Of a stretch of 64,000 nucleotides of DNA, positions 1-9,216 are shown piece by piece. Both the position numbers and the translations under genes were made by a program. Origin of the DNA: a virus (Duplodnaviria > Caudoviricetes). The stretch spans positions 118,216 through 182,215 of IMG/VR virus record IMGVR_UViG_3300031993_000012; one strand, written 5' to 3'. The notes below the pieces were generated by a model. That model saw only the letters and a program-made list of their open reading frames with translations. It did not search any database and was not told where the DNA came from. Numbering within the stretch: position 1 is the stretch's first letter; every line of letters starts with the position of its first letter.

Positions 1-2758
1 TCGCTGCGTCACTGAGTTGTTTTGAAATACTGCTGAAATTCTTCAAAGCATTCGTTGATTCTGTTATATTCTTACACAGATCCAAGAAGTCTTTACCTTT
101 AACCGGCGTAGGAGTTTGATCCGGTTGTGCATCGACATTACCGTACAATACCCAGTTCTGAACTTTCAGATCAGTACTTTCGTTACTGTCAAATGTAATC
201 TTATCCTTTAATCCGTCAGGAAGTAATTCCTTAAACAATGCATTCTTATCAACTGACTGCTGATTACATGCTGCTTCAATTTTATCTTTATAATTATGGA
301 TATTTGTCAATGCCTGAATATTAACATTGTATTTCGGGAAATTATTTACGGTGATATTCAGATTACCGCTGTCCAAAGATTGTGCAACCTGTTGATTGGT
401 ATTGTCGTTCTTTTCAACCCATGCAATTTCCAGACGATGTTTTTCAGCAAACTTTGTTGATACTTTCGCCAGATTGTCAGCACACCAACGAACGAATTTC
501 GATATTAAATTACCAAGTTGCAATTTAATGTTTTTCGCACCATTGACAATCTTACTATCGGATTTACGTGTAACATTGACTGTTGGTTTTGCATTTGCGG
601 TATTATTCGTATTTGGTGTTTCTTCTTCCTGAACGAAGTATTCCACGTACATATATCCCGGTGCCATGGTATCCATCATTGTATCGGAATTATCAATAAC
701 ACGTGTATTGTTATGATACAATTTCAGTATGCAACGAGTTTCAATCTCTCCAAGAACAGCCAATACATCTTTGACCATTTCATAGTTACATACTTCACCG
801 TGACAATATGAATTTATAATACCGAGCATTACATTACCAACTGCGATAATGTGATTTGCAACTTCTTCATTTGATACCAAATGTTTATCACCGTATATAT
901 GATAAATAGTATCCAGTGTATTCAGAATTGGATGTACATTCTGATTACCGGGATTATCACGACGATAATTGGAATCATATGCCGGAGAACCATAAACGAT
1001 TTTGTCCAACCAATCAACATCAGTGTGGAAATCGTTTAATCTGTACATATCTTCGAATATACGTTCACCGGTTTTATTATTGAACCAACTATTATTGGAA
1101 TCATGTCGTGGTTCATCATATTTGAATATCATGTTTGTTACCATACTTGCATCCGGTAAACATACATTATTCAATGTAACATACTTCGTGAGTAATTGTG
1201 CAATTGGTGATTTTGGATTCTTGATTACGTAATAAAGAGCTGCTTTTACATCGGTGAAACGTGGTGTCATATCACCAAGTACGAGTTCACGGAAATTGAT
1301 ACTGAATGGAATCTTCGAACGGAATATTGTATCATCCGTTTTAAGTAAACAACACTCGGTTACGAATGATTCATATGTAACTGATGCTTTCTCCGATGTG
1401 AATGCTTTTAACTTTTTCTTTACATTCGACGGTGAATAATTATTGGAATCTCCATAGAATACATTAACCACTTTATTGGTATCAGCATCATCTAAGATAG
1501 TTTGGAAGTCACCTGGATTCGGCGAATTCTTTCCTGTCAGATTTACACCAACCTGTTTGAGTACGGTATCAACAAATGTTGAACATATACGACGATACTT
1601 ATCTTCACTGGGGGTTTTATCTTTACTGAATAATTGAGATAACATTGCACCCCAATCGAATTTGGTTTTCATTCCTAAGTAACCTTCGATGTATTTCTCC
1701 ATTTCGGATACTGCTTTCGATGGAAGATAAATTGCATACACACCGATGTTGACATGTTTACCGCGGAATAAACGTTCATCGATATCTTCGTATTTGAAAC
1801 CGAACTTCACATTGTTCATGGTTCCATCGGGATTGAGTGATGGTCTACCATATGACCACATACGTTTCAAATTCGGATCAAATGAAATTGATGCATGTGA
1901 GAAATTACTTTTGGTTTTTGCACGAATTGCATTTGACAGAAGTGGTGTTTTACCCTCAGACAATACAATGAATACGGGCTTGTTTTTGGTTGTATTAACC
2001 GATTCCTGGTGAACTTGGTTATCACCGTCACCGAGTTCCTTGGTATTGTAACTTACATGAGGATCAACATAATTTGTCATGCCGACGATTGTACATGTAT
2101 TCAACAATATTGCGAACATGATGAAACCTTCGATTGCATTGGTGAATGTTTCACTGAGCAACGGACGATACTGTTGCCAAATGGAATCTGAACGATCAAT
2201 CAAACCCGGTAATGCACTTACAATGTTCTTCATTACACCGGAGAAATGCAGATCATTTACCTTACGAAGATCCTCTTTGACATTCATCTTTTGAACACCG
2301 ATTTCGTAATTGGATTTCAACGATGTTGGGAATACTTCATTATGTGCAATCTGCAATAAGTCAGTAAGAGTAAAATCGCGTGGATTGATATACGTACCGG
2401 AGAATGCTCCAAGAACATTTGTGTCATCAAACGGTGTATCATCATGATCTGAGATAAAACGATATGCAGACTCAACCGAGAATTTCTGGATATCATCAAT
2501 GTTGTACTGAAGCATACCAATACGGAATGCTTTTATCAAGTTTGATACATATGTAGAAATATCATTCGGTGTTATGAGTCTAACTGAATACTTATTACTG
2601 CAATAACCATAGTCACAGTTGGTTGCTGAATGTACAGAATCATTGAGCTTATCAAGAGCCATCTGATACAGCTTCATACTTGTTTCAAACTTCTCTTTGA
2701 AATGCGGAGTGAACTTGAAAGGTATTTTACCAGTCTGCTTTTCAGTAGTTATATTCAT
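1..2758 (-). CDS. Large putative virion protein containing a permuted papain-like NlpC/P60 (YiiX/PPPDE-type) peptidase/amidase domain; runs off the left edge
   Basis: Missing from the ORF track because it is truncated. ATG at 2758 follows AGGAAGGA. Manual translation starts MNITTEKQTGKIPFKF and contains FSHASISFD (His codon 1895-1897) and RRICSTFVDTVLKQVG (Cys codon 1583-1585), i.e. His before Cys. The frame was open at every point checked, down to base 2. Confidence 0.75.
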   Translation of the reverse strand, partial: MNITTEKQTGKIPFKFTPHFKEKFETSMKLYQMALDKLNDSVHSATNCDYGYCSNKYSVRLITPNDISTYVSNLIKAFRIGMLQYNIDDIQKFSVESAYRFISDHDDTPFDDTNVLGAFSGTYINPRDFTLTDLLQIAHNEVFPTSLKSNYEIGVQKMNVKEDLRKVNDLHFSGVMKNIVSALPGLIDRSDSIWQQYRPLLSETFTNAIEGFIMFAILLNTCTIVGMTNYVDPHVSYNTKELGDGDNQVHQESVNTTKNKPVFIVLSEGKTPLLSNAIRAKTKSNFSHASISFDPNLKRMWSYGRPSLNPDGTMNNVKFGFKYEDIDERLFRGKHVNIGVYAIYLPSKAVSEMEKYIEGYLGMKTKFDWGAMLSQLFSKDKTPSEDKYRRICSTFVDTVLKQVGVNLTGKNSPNPGDFQTILDDADTNKVVNVFYGDSNNYSPSNVKKKLKAFTSEKASVTYESFVTECCLLKTDDTIFRSKIPFSINFRELVLGDMTPRFTDVKAALYYVIKNPKSPIAQLLTKYVTLNNVCLPDASMVTNMIFKYDEPRHDSNNSWFNNKTGERIFEDMYRLNDFHTDVDWLDKIVYGSPAYDSNYRRDNPGNQNVHPILNTLDTIYHIYGDKHLVSNEEVANHIIAVGNVMLGIINSYCHGEVCNYEMVKDVLAVLGEIETRCILKLYHNNTRVIDNSDTMMDTMAPGYMYVEYFVQEEETPNTNNTANAKPTVNVTRKSDSKIVNGAKNIKLQLGNLISKFVRWCADNLAKVSTKFAEKHRLEIAWVEKNDNTNQQVAQSLDSGNLNITVNNFPKYNVNIQALTNIHNYKDKIEAACNQQSVDKNALFKELLPDGLKDKITFDSNESTDLKVQNWVLYGNVDAQPDQTPTPVKGKDFLDLCKNITESTNALKNFSSISKQLSDAA

Positions 2759-2833
2759 TCATTATCATTCCTTCCTAAAAATATTAATCATTTATATTGA
2801 GTATACCATATATGTTCGTAGACCCAATGTAGA

Positions 2834-2846
2834 TTACATGCTGGTT
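2834..2846 (-). promoter_or_regulatory. Putative late promoter AACY-N6-TAA (AACCAGCATGTAA); one example of a recurring motif
   Basis: The same pattern lies upstream of structural/late genes at 8546-8558(+), 9179-9191(+), 26081-26093(-), 32260-32272(-), 50633-50645(-) and 57886-57898(-). It resembles the AACA-N6-TA late promoter of Bacillus phage AR9. Confidence 0.7.
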
Positions 2847-2868
2847 TTTCAAACCATCTAGAATTCTT

Positions 2869-2908
2869 AAATTCCATATATATATTATTAATATGAAGAA
2901 AGAGTAAA
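2869..2908 (+). promoter_or_regulatory. Putative early promoter (ATATWTATATYATT) inside a 40-bp block repeated exactly at 50663-50702
   Basis: AAATTCCATATATATATTATTAATATGAAGAAAGAGTAAA occurs twice. The core motif also occurs near 12791, 15608, 21342, 26133, 29710, 32307, 56314 and 57936, always upstream of + strand units. It resembles phiKZ/AR9 early TATATTA(C/T) promoters. Confidence 0.75.
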
Positions 2909-2969
2909 ATATATTACTCTGGATTCACTCAAATATCAATCTATTTTCCATTATGAAAGGATGGTCATT

Positions 2970-3203
2970 ATGACAAGAAAAACATTAGCTATGAACGGAC
3001 TTATAGGCATCCGCACAGAGAACGGTGGGGTTCTCACAGGCACAAACGCTATGACGAAGGCTAGCGCTAAGGCACAGCGCACCTTCACTGGCTCGACAGT
3101 TACAGCCATCCGCGAGGACGGCTCAACATTTCAGACGACAAAGGCTCGTCTCCAGAAGGAAGCTGCTAAGCAGACCATTAAGAACTTCATCGACAGATTC
3201 TAA
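2970..3203 (+). CDS. Small basic hypothetical early protein
   Basis: SD GAAAGGA, own promoter upstream and terminator at 3271-3300. Lys/Arg/Thr/Ala-rich and visibly more GC-rich than its neighbours. Confidence 0.7.
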   Translation: MTRKTLAMNGLIGIRTENGGVLTGTNAMTKASAKAQRTFTGSTVTAIREDGSTFQTTKARLQKEAAKQTIKNFIDRF

Positions 3204-3409
3204 TCATCGATGAGACTCTCCCATCTCAACAGGGGTAGTATAAAAATAATACTGTAATGATCAAACGAATAAAAGCACATCCATCAAGGGTGTGCTTTTT
3301 TGTTTATTTTTTGAACGGACGATTAAGTCAGAAAATTTCCATTACCATCTTCATGATGGTCCTGACGAAATTATCTCCGTAATTACAGCGTTTTAATTTG
3401 TTTAATGTA

Positions 3410-3431
3410 GACCCCGGGATATCCCGGGGTC
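3410..3431. terminator. GC-rich palindromic hairpin (GACCCCGGGATATCCCGGGGTC), probable bidirectional terminator
   Basis: Perfect 22-nt palindrome just after the stop of 3439..4182; member of a genome-wide hairpin family. Confidence 0.75.
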
Positions 3432-3438
3432 ATCATTT

Positions 3439-4182
3439 TTAATCTTCGGTAAATTGAGCACGTACCAATCCAGTATTGTAATATGCTTCTGATACAATAT
3501 CAGTTTTTATTCCCATTGCCTTTAAGAATAAATCGGTTTTCAATAATGTCGGTTTATCGAGTGAATTCGTTTTGATATCTTTCAATGAACAACTTCCAGA
3601 TTCAGATATCTTCTCTAACATGTTTTCATATTCAACCATGTTATCTCCACGAACACCACATACTTCTGACAATACATTCTTTGCACCAAGACCAATGAGA
3701 ATCTCATTCTCAATACCAGAGAAAGTACCACCTTTAGATTCACCCTTTGCGATACCGGTAAGATCATCTCTATCAAGGTCATTAATAACACCAGTTGATT
3801 TTTTAGTCTGGAGCTGTTGTACGGTTTTGACATTCAAATATCCAACCAATACCGGAGTTCTTGTGCGAACCGGACGATTTGGATTTGATGATACATGAGG
3901 AATATACACATACTCATATAAATCAAGACCCATTTGTTTTGCAGCTTTTTCTACGTTTTCATATTTGAGTGTTTTCGATTTATCGAATTCCTCAATATCT
4001 AAACGCATATTGGCTTTTGGATCTGCAAGAAATGCTGACATCCATTTGGAGAATTGAGCATCATTCATTTTAGAGAATATCGATTTATACTTTGCAGTAT
4101 TTGCACCAGAAGGATCTAATGCATTCATAGTACGATAAACAAGTGTCTCAATTTGACCACGTTTATTTTTTATATCTGCCAT
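3439..4182 (-). CDS. Split multisubunit RNA polymerase beta subunit, C-terminal fragment (probably virion RNAP)
   Basis: VLVGYLNVKTVQQ...KGESKGGTFSGIENEILIGLGAKNVLSEVCGVRGDN aligns by eye with the RpoB C-terminus (VTVGYMY...GGQRFGEMEVWALEAYGA..LQEMLTVKSDD). It complements the 51623..55909 fragment. Confidence 0.8.
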   Translation of the reverse strand: MADIKNKRGQIETLVYRTMNALDPSGANTAKYKSIFSKMNDAQFSKWMSAFLADPKANMRLDIEEFDKSKTLKYENVEKAAKQMGLDLYEYVYIPHVSSNPNRPVRTRTPVLVGYLNVKTVQQLQTKKSTGVINDLDRDDLTGIAKGESKGGTFSGIENEILIGLGAKNVLSEVCGVRGDNMVEYENMLEKISESGSCSLKDIKTNSLDKPTLLKTDLFLKAMGIKTDIVSEAYYNTGLVRAQFTED

Positions 4183-4195
4183 TTAAATCACCTTA

Positions 4196-6967
4196 TTAAC
4201 CGAAACTTCCTCTTTGTATTATATTTTTATCTTGTAAATTATCAACCTTTGCTGGCGTGAATGGTGTATCAATATCGAATACTCTGACATTGATATCGAA
4301 TGGTGATCTGTTGAATCTCAATGCTGGTTTCATAGGCATATTGTTCATTTCAATTATAGGATAAACCAACAAAGTATCTTTATCAATTATATATTTTTTG
4401 CCCCCTTCACCATGACCGGATGAAGTCCACATCTCAAGCTGATTAGGCTTAATTGTACTCAGTCCAGGTGAGAATTGCATTCGATTCGCAGTTTTAGCTA
4501 TGTTCTCAACAGTATATACGAGCTGTTCGCCATTGATGGTATCACCATTGTTTGTATTATTCTGTGGCTGTTGCTGTTGTTGATTATTTTGTTGCTGCTG
4601 TTGCGGTGCTGGCTGTGGTTGACCGTTCTGAGCCTGCTGTTCAGGAATAGGATTCTGTTGCGGTGTTGGTTGTGGATTATTCTGAGTTGGTTGTGTTCCT
4701 CCAGTTGGAGCTGGTGCAGAACCATCACCTTGTCTGATTACACCTTTACTGAGAAGATCACCATGATCGTTGAATTTTGCTGGAGTTATAAGCGTTGAAT
4801 TGTCTAAACCACCTTTTCCAACGACATCAAATAGCTGTGGGTTAAGTGTATTTACACGAACCTGATACGGTTCAGTTGTATATGGATATACGTTACCTCC
4901 ACTGTCAGATATAAGTGGACCATTAGTTGAAAACTCAAGTAATTGAGTACCAACATTCCATCTTCTACGTTTACCAGTCTTAGACAAGTTATTCTTTATT
5001 AAATCAAACAACTGTGCACCTGTTATCGAACCAGCATTATTGGTTCCCACATTCTGTTGTTGAGTATTCTGTTGCGGTGTTGGTTGTGGATTATTCTGAC
5101 TCTGTTGTTGCTGAGGTTGAGCGGTTTGTGTTGGATTCTGTTGAGGTTGTGTTTGCTGCGTTTGCTGCCGAGTTTGATCAGTTTGACCACCACCATTATT
5201 AGCAGCACCATCCTTCTGAATAGAACCAGGTTGTGTGATCTTACCATTTGATACTTGTGCAGGTGTAATAACTGAAGCATCACTGATAGTGAAACTACCA
5301 CCAGAATAGTTGAATACATTATTATTGAATGCCATTGCTGCTATTTGATAAGGAGCTGTTACAAACGGATATACCAGACCAGTTGAAGGATCTGCAACAT
5401 ATCTACTACGATTATTACCTGGAACAAGCTGTTTATTTTGAGCATCCCAATCATAATATTGACCAGATGTGCTGAGCTTATTCTTCACCAAATCAAACAA
5501 CTGCGTACCTGTTATCGGTGTAGCGGCGCCAGATGATGTTAAACCACCATTCTGATTCTGTTGAGGTTGTGCCTGTTTCGATTGCTGTTCAGGTGTGGGG
5601 TTTTGTTGTGGTGGATTTTGTGTACCATTTATATCATTCAATATATTCTGTGCTTCCGGTGATACTCTACGTCCATTCTGTTGTTGCTGTTGTTCAGGAG
5701 CGGGTTCATTAGTATTCTGACCGCCACCACCATTCTGGTTATCTCTCATCTGATCAACGAAAGAATCACTGAGCTGTTTAGCGGTATCAGCATATCCTTT
5801 GTACCACTGCTCAACAATCTTCATTTTATCCTTACAGAACTTACGTTCATTTGCCGATGTATTACTGTCTTCGGACTTTTGTTTATACCAATCAATTGCA
5901 GCACGTTTCTCTTTGATAACATTATTCCATATATCACTGAGATCATCATAGTTAGCTGCTTTCTTGATATCTTCAGTTGCTTTCTGGAAATATTCTGCTG
6001 GATCTGGCATTGGATCACCGATGATACCACCCTTTGGTGATTGTGATAGATTACCTTTATATGACTGAGTAACATTATTCGACGCTTGCTGTACTTTCTG
6101 TATTTGTGATTTACAATAGTCAGCTTCCTGTTTTGTCACGGGACCATTTTTCAATTTGTCTTTATAGAATCTAGTCAACTTGTCATATGTTTCTACTGCT
6201 TTATCATATGCCTTTTGTGCGTCCTGTGGTGACTTGGCATTCTTTATAGTATCTATGATATTCTGGGTGTAACCCTTGAGATCTGAAATAGGTTCACCTT
6301 CAATACTAGAAACAGATGACGTCATTGAACTGATTAAATTACTCAAACGCTTTAAGATACCACCACCGGTTTTAAGCTTTTCTTTTTCTGCCTTAAGTTT
6401 ATTCTGGTTAACTGCATCCTGTGCTTGACCAGCAACATTTTCCATTTGTTGAACATTGTTGCTGATTTGATCGATTGCTTGATTGACTCTATTGGTGGCT
6501 TCTTGCAGATTGTCAATCGTCAATGATGAATTAGATTCAGCTGATCGTTCAGACAATTTCTGTTTAAACGCTTCTGCTTGTTCTGGAGTCATCTGAACTT
6601 TTCTGTTGACTTCCTCCATTATCTGAGCAATTCTCTCTGGTGTAAAAGTTACATTAGTCGCAGCATCGGAATATTCATTTGCAGCTTGGATGATTGTTTC
6701 TGCCGGTTTTACCATTGGGGGTGGAACCGGTGTTCGTTTTGGTACTTTATTGGTTTTACTTTTTATATTATCAACCATCTTACGACACCATTCAATGAAT
6801 CGTTGTATCAAGTTTCCATTGTTTGGTGAAGTTCGTTCAGGTGTTATTGTTGTAACACCAGCTTCCATGATTACCGTTTCAAACATTATCTGTTTTTCAT
6901 AATATTCCGATAATGCCATCAATACATTATATTCGGATTCAAGGATAATGTCTTGAATACTATTCAT
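4196..6967 (-). CDS. Putative virion (internal head) protein with three repeated ~100-aa domains and Q/N/P-rich linkers
   Basis: N-terminus ILESEYNVLMALSEYYEK..IMEA is typical of jumbo-phage head proteins. Repeats begin ITGTQLFDLVKN, ITGAQLFDLIKN and INGEQLVYTVEN. Confidence 0.6.
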   Translation of the reverse strand: MNSIQDIILESEYNVLMALSEYYEKQIMFETVIMEAGVTTITPERTSPNNGNLIQRFIEWCRKMVDNIKSKTNKVPKRTPVPPPMVKPAETIIQAANEYSDAATNVTFTPERIAQIMEEVNRKVQMTPEQAEAFKQKLSERSAESNSSLTIDNLQEATNRVNQAIDQISNNVQQMENVAGQAQDAVNQNKLKAEKEKLKTGGGILKRLSNLISSMTSSVSSIEGEPISDLKGYTQNIIDTIKNAKSPQDAQKAYDKAVETYDKLTRFYKDKLKNGPVTKQEADYCKSQIQKVQQASNNVTQSYKGNLSQSPKGGIIGDPMPDPAEYFQKATEDIKKAANYDDLSDIWNNVIKEKRAAIDWYKQKSEDSNTSANERKFCKDKMKIVEQWYKGYADTAKQLSDSFVDQMRDNQNGGGGQNTNEPAPEQQQQQNGRRVSPEAQNILNDINGTQNPPQQNPTPEQQSKQAQPQQNQNGGLTSSGAATPITGTQLFDLVKNKLSTSGQYYDWDAQNKQLVPGNNRSRYVADPSTGLVYPFVTAPYQIAAMAFNNNVFNYSGGSFTISDASVITPAQVSNGKITQPGSIQKDGAANNGGGQTDQTRQQTQQTQPQQNPTQTAQPQQQQSQNNPQPTPQQNTQQQNVGTNNAGSITGAQLFDLIKNNLSKTGKRRRWNVGTQLLEFSTNGPLISDSGGNVYPYTTEPYQVRVNTLNPQLFDVVGKGGLDNSTLITPAKFNDHGDLLSKGVIRQGDGSAPAPTGGTQPTQNNPQPTPQQNPIPEQQAQNGQPQPAPQQQQQNNQQQQQPQNNTNNGDTINGEQLVYTVENIAKTANRMQFSPGLSTIKPNQLEMWTSSGHGEGGKKYIIDKDTLLVYPIIEMNNMPMKPALRFNRSPFDINVRVFDIDTPFTPAKVDNLQDKNIIQRGSFG

Positions 6968-6980
6968 TATACTTCACTCC

Positions 6981-7454
6981 TTATATGTATATTTTCTTTG
7001 AATAAAGATTATTCAATTGATCATATGATATACCGATGATGACCTTATGAGTCTGTGACCCAATTGCAATACGTTCCGTACCAGTAATCTGTATGAGTAA
7101 CGCAGGCTGAGATTCCAGTTCATCCATCATACAATCGATTGTTATACCAGTTAATGATATACGATTACATTGTTCTTCGATTTGTGCTTTAATGGTTTTT
7201 GGTACCATATGATCATCAGCATATTTATGTAAGTACGATTCAATATCAATTCCAAGTTCCGGTATTGATGGATACTGACCGGGTTTCATGAATAACAATG
7301 CTTGAACAATATTTACACACATTTCAAACGTTGATAATACTTTTGGTTTGTATGCGGTATCATAATCAAGTGCAACATCATATCCAAGAGTCTGTACGGA
7401 TGATGGATATTTCTTATTGATTTCTTGGAGCGTGATTCCTACTTCGTCTAACAT
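6981..7454 (-). CDS. gp25/GPW-like baseplate wedge (sheath initiator) protein
   Basis: LLFMKPGQYPSIPELGIDIESYL matches the gp25-family L.T..GE....P.FG pattern; 157 aa. Confidence 0.7.
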   Translation of the reverse strand: MLDEVGITLQEINKKYPSSVQTLGYDVALDYDTAYKPKVLSTFEMCVNIVQALLFMKPGQYPSIPELGIDIESYLHKYADDHMVPKTIKAQIEEQCNRISLTGITIDCMMDELESQPALLIQITGTERIAIGSQTHKVIIGISYDQLNNLYSKKIYI

Positions 7455-7460
7455 GATTAA

Positions 7461-7751
7461 TCACCTCGCTTTTAATTGTTCACGTATCATTTCACATATT
7501 ACTGAAGTATCTTTACCGTTCATATGGAAATCATACAATTTCTCGATCAATAATGTCAATATGATTGATGTGGATTGCGTTGCATTTGCAAATACCAATT
7601 CACTGGAAACTGACACATTCGATCGCATTATCGTTAATAAATATTCATCAGATTTATTTGAGATATCTCCTTTGGTGGATAATGTTATTATCTCAGGATA
7701 TTTCTCAATAATCATTTTGATTGTTTTATGTGTTTTACTCATATGCATCAC
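7461..7751 (-). CDS. Hypothetical protein
   Basis: ORF packed between neighbours, overlapping the upstream stop. Confidence 0.55.
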   Translation of the reverse strand: MMHMSKTHKTIKMIIEKYPEIITLSTKGDISNKSDEYLLTIMRSNVSVSSELVFANATQSTSIILTLLIEKLYDFHMNGKDTSVICEMIREQLKAR

Positions 7752-8503
7752 CCCTGGTCAGGACGATTGTTCGGTGACTCAACATATTCATCATCGAATT
7801 CGTCGTAATTTTTATCCAGTATTTTGATGTAATGCATTCCGGTTCGTTTGCATTCATTTCTCATCATTTGGTCTTTACGTGCTTCGATATCACGGTTGTG
7901 TTCCATGAATGATGTATTGAAATTACCTTGTTTGATTTCAACATGAAGATTCAATGATGGAATAAAGAAATCTGGAATGTACAAATGTTGTGAACCGTCT
8001 CCCCATTTATAATGGAAATCAACCGGTGATGGTGCAATGATATCATCTGGGCTCCAATCCATGTCTTTCAGATGATTCAGAAAATCAACTTCGTAATTAC
8101 CGATTACACGGAATTTATGTTTATCATCCCATACATAATCACGTGCATCAGCGTGATTTATCATCATCTTCCGTTGTTGTTCACCATCATTCAATAAATG
8201 TTCTTTACCATAAACATTCACCATTCTTGATTTCATCATTTTAACATATGCTTCTTTGCATTTTGGATCATCACACAGTCGAGCATATTTTAATGTATCA
8301 TCATTGAATGCGACTTTACGTTTACGACACATCAAACATAAACGTCCCATTGGTTTATTGACAAATAATGAATATGCGAATTCATATCCATCATCACAAT
8401 CTTCGGGAATTTGATTGTTATGTTTGTAAACCACATGGTCACAATATTTGTGTTTATCATTAAATGAACGATCGCAGAATAAACATTTTACCTTACGACT
8501 CAT
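7748..8503 (-). CDS. Zn-finger plus PD-(D/E)XK (TnsA-like/head-completion type) nuclease
   Basis: Start moved to 8503 (AAAGGAGG SD, MSRKVKC). Contains C2H2 CLFC...HVVYKH, a CLMC...C....C cluster and YIPDFFIPSLNLHVEIK. Confidence 0.7.
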   Translation of the reverse strand: MSRKVKCLFCDRSFNDKHKYCDHVVYKHNNQIPEDCDDGYEFAYSLFVNKPMGRLCLMCRKRKVAFNDDTLKYARLCDDPKCKEAYVKMMKSRMVNVYGKEHLLNDGEQQRKMMINHADARDYVWDDKHKFRVIGNYEVDFLNHLKDMDWSPDDIIAPSPVDFHYKWGDGSQHLYIPDFFIPSLNLHVEIKQGNFNTSFMEHNRDIEARKDQMMRNECKRTGMHYIKILDKNYDEFDDEYVESPNNRPDQG

Positions 8504-8605
8504 TTGTTTACCTCCTTTATAGTAGAATATTATAGTTTGGTCTTCAACCAATGTGTAATCTATCATCATTGATAGAACTATACTAACGAAAGTGGTGATA
8601 CATCC

Positions 8606-9133
8606 ATGAGAGTAAATATCGTGGGTAAAGGTGTATGCCCTGTACTGGGAATAATACTGCCTGTGACTAATGTTGATGTAACCGATGGAGTTCTGGAGAC
8701 ACTTATAAAGACACGTAATATCCGAGTATTTGACGTGATGACAGGTGTTCAAGTTACAACACGTAACTACAAGAATTTCCTCATGAGAAGAACTGTCGCT
8801 GCAGTTGCACAGACAGCCGCACCTATTGAACCAGTTAAGGTTCCCGCAACAAAGGTTGAAAAGAAGAAGAAGTCTACAAAGAAACAGGTAGACGAGGTTC
8901 CTGCAACTGTAGAAGCTGTACCGGAAACTGTTCCTGAGGAAACTCCTTCTGAAACCGTTGAAACCACCAAGGAAACATACGAAACTCCGGTGGTTGAAAC
9001 TGTGCCTGAAGTATCGGAAGAATCAGTTGATACAACAGAAGAAACAACCGACGAAACATCAGATTCATCAACTGATACTGATACAACGGAGTCAACCAAC
9101 AATTACTCATCAAAGAAAAAGAAGAGAAAGTAA
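8606..9133 (+). CDS. Hypothetical protein with T/E-rich disordered tail and terminal polybasic KKKKRK
   Basis: ORF with a late-promoter motif at 8546 and a terminator at 9137-9160. Confidence 0.7.
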   Translation: MRVNIVGKGVCPVLGIILPVTNVDVTDGVLETLIKTRNIRVFDVMTGVQVTTRNYKNFLMRRTVAAVAQTAAPIEPVKVPATKVEKKKKSTKKQVDEVPATVEAVPETVPEETPSETVETTKETYETPVVETVPEVSEESVDTTEETTDETSDSSTDTDTTESTNNYSSKKKKRK

Positions 9134-9216
9134 TATGGAGGCGGGTATATCCCGCCTTCTACTTTTTATTGTTTGAAAAACCGATTCGTAATCTTATATT
9201 TAAAGGAGGTTACACA

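Noticed and set aside
396-2520. Short + strand ORFs in the track, and the similar antisense/nested ORFs throughout
   Set aside because: They are shadows of long genes on the other strand or frame and have no SD or motifs.
3320-3390. Hammerhead ribozyme (GAAA...CTGACGA with flanking stems)
   Set aside because: Stem II cannot form and two extra nucleotides separate stem I from the CUGA core; only a generic hairpin is supported.
7748-8752. 334-aa version of the nuclease ORF
   Set aside because: The upstream extension overlaps a divergent gene and promoters; the strong SD supports a start at 8503.
9110-9133. C-terminal KKKKRK as a eukaryotic nuclear localisation signal
   Set aside because: The context is entirely bacteriophage (SD sites, bacterial-type enzymes); a basic nucleic-acid-binding tail is the simpler reading.
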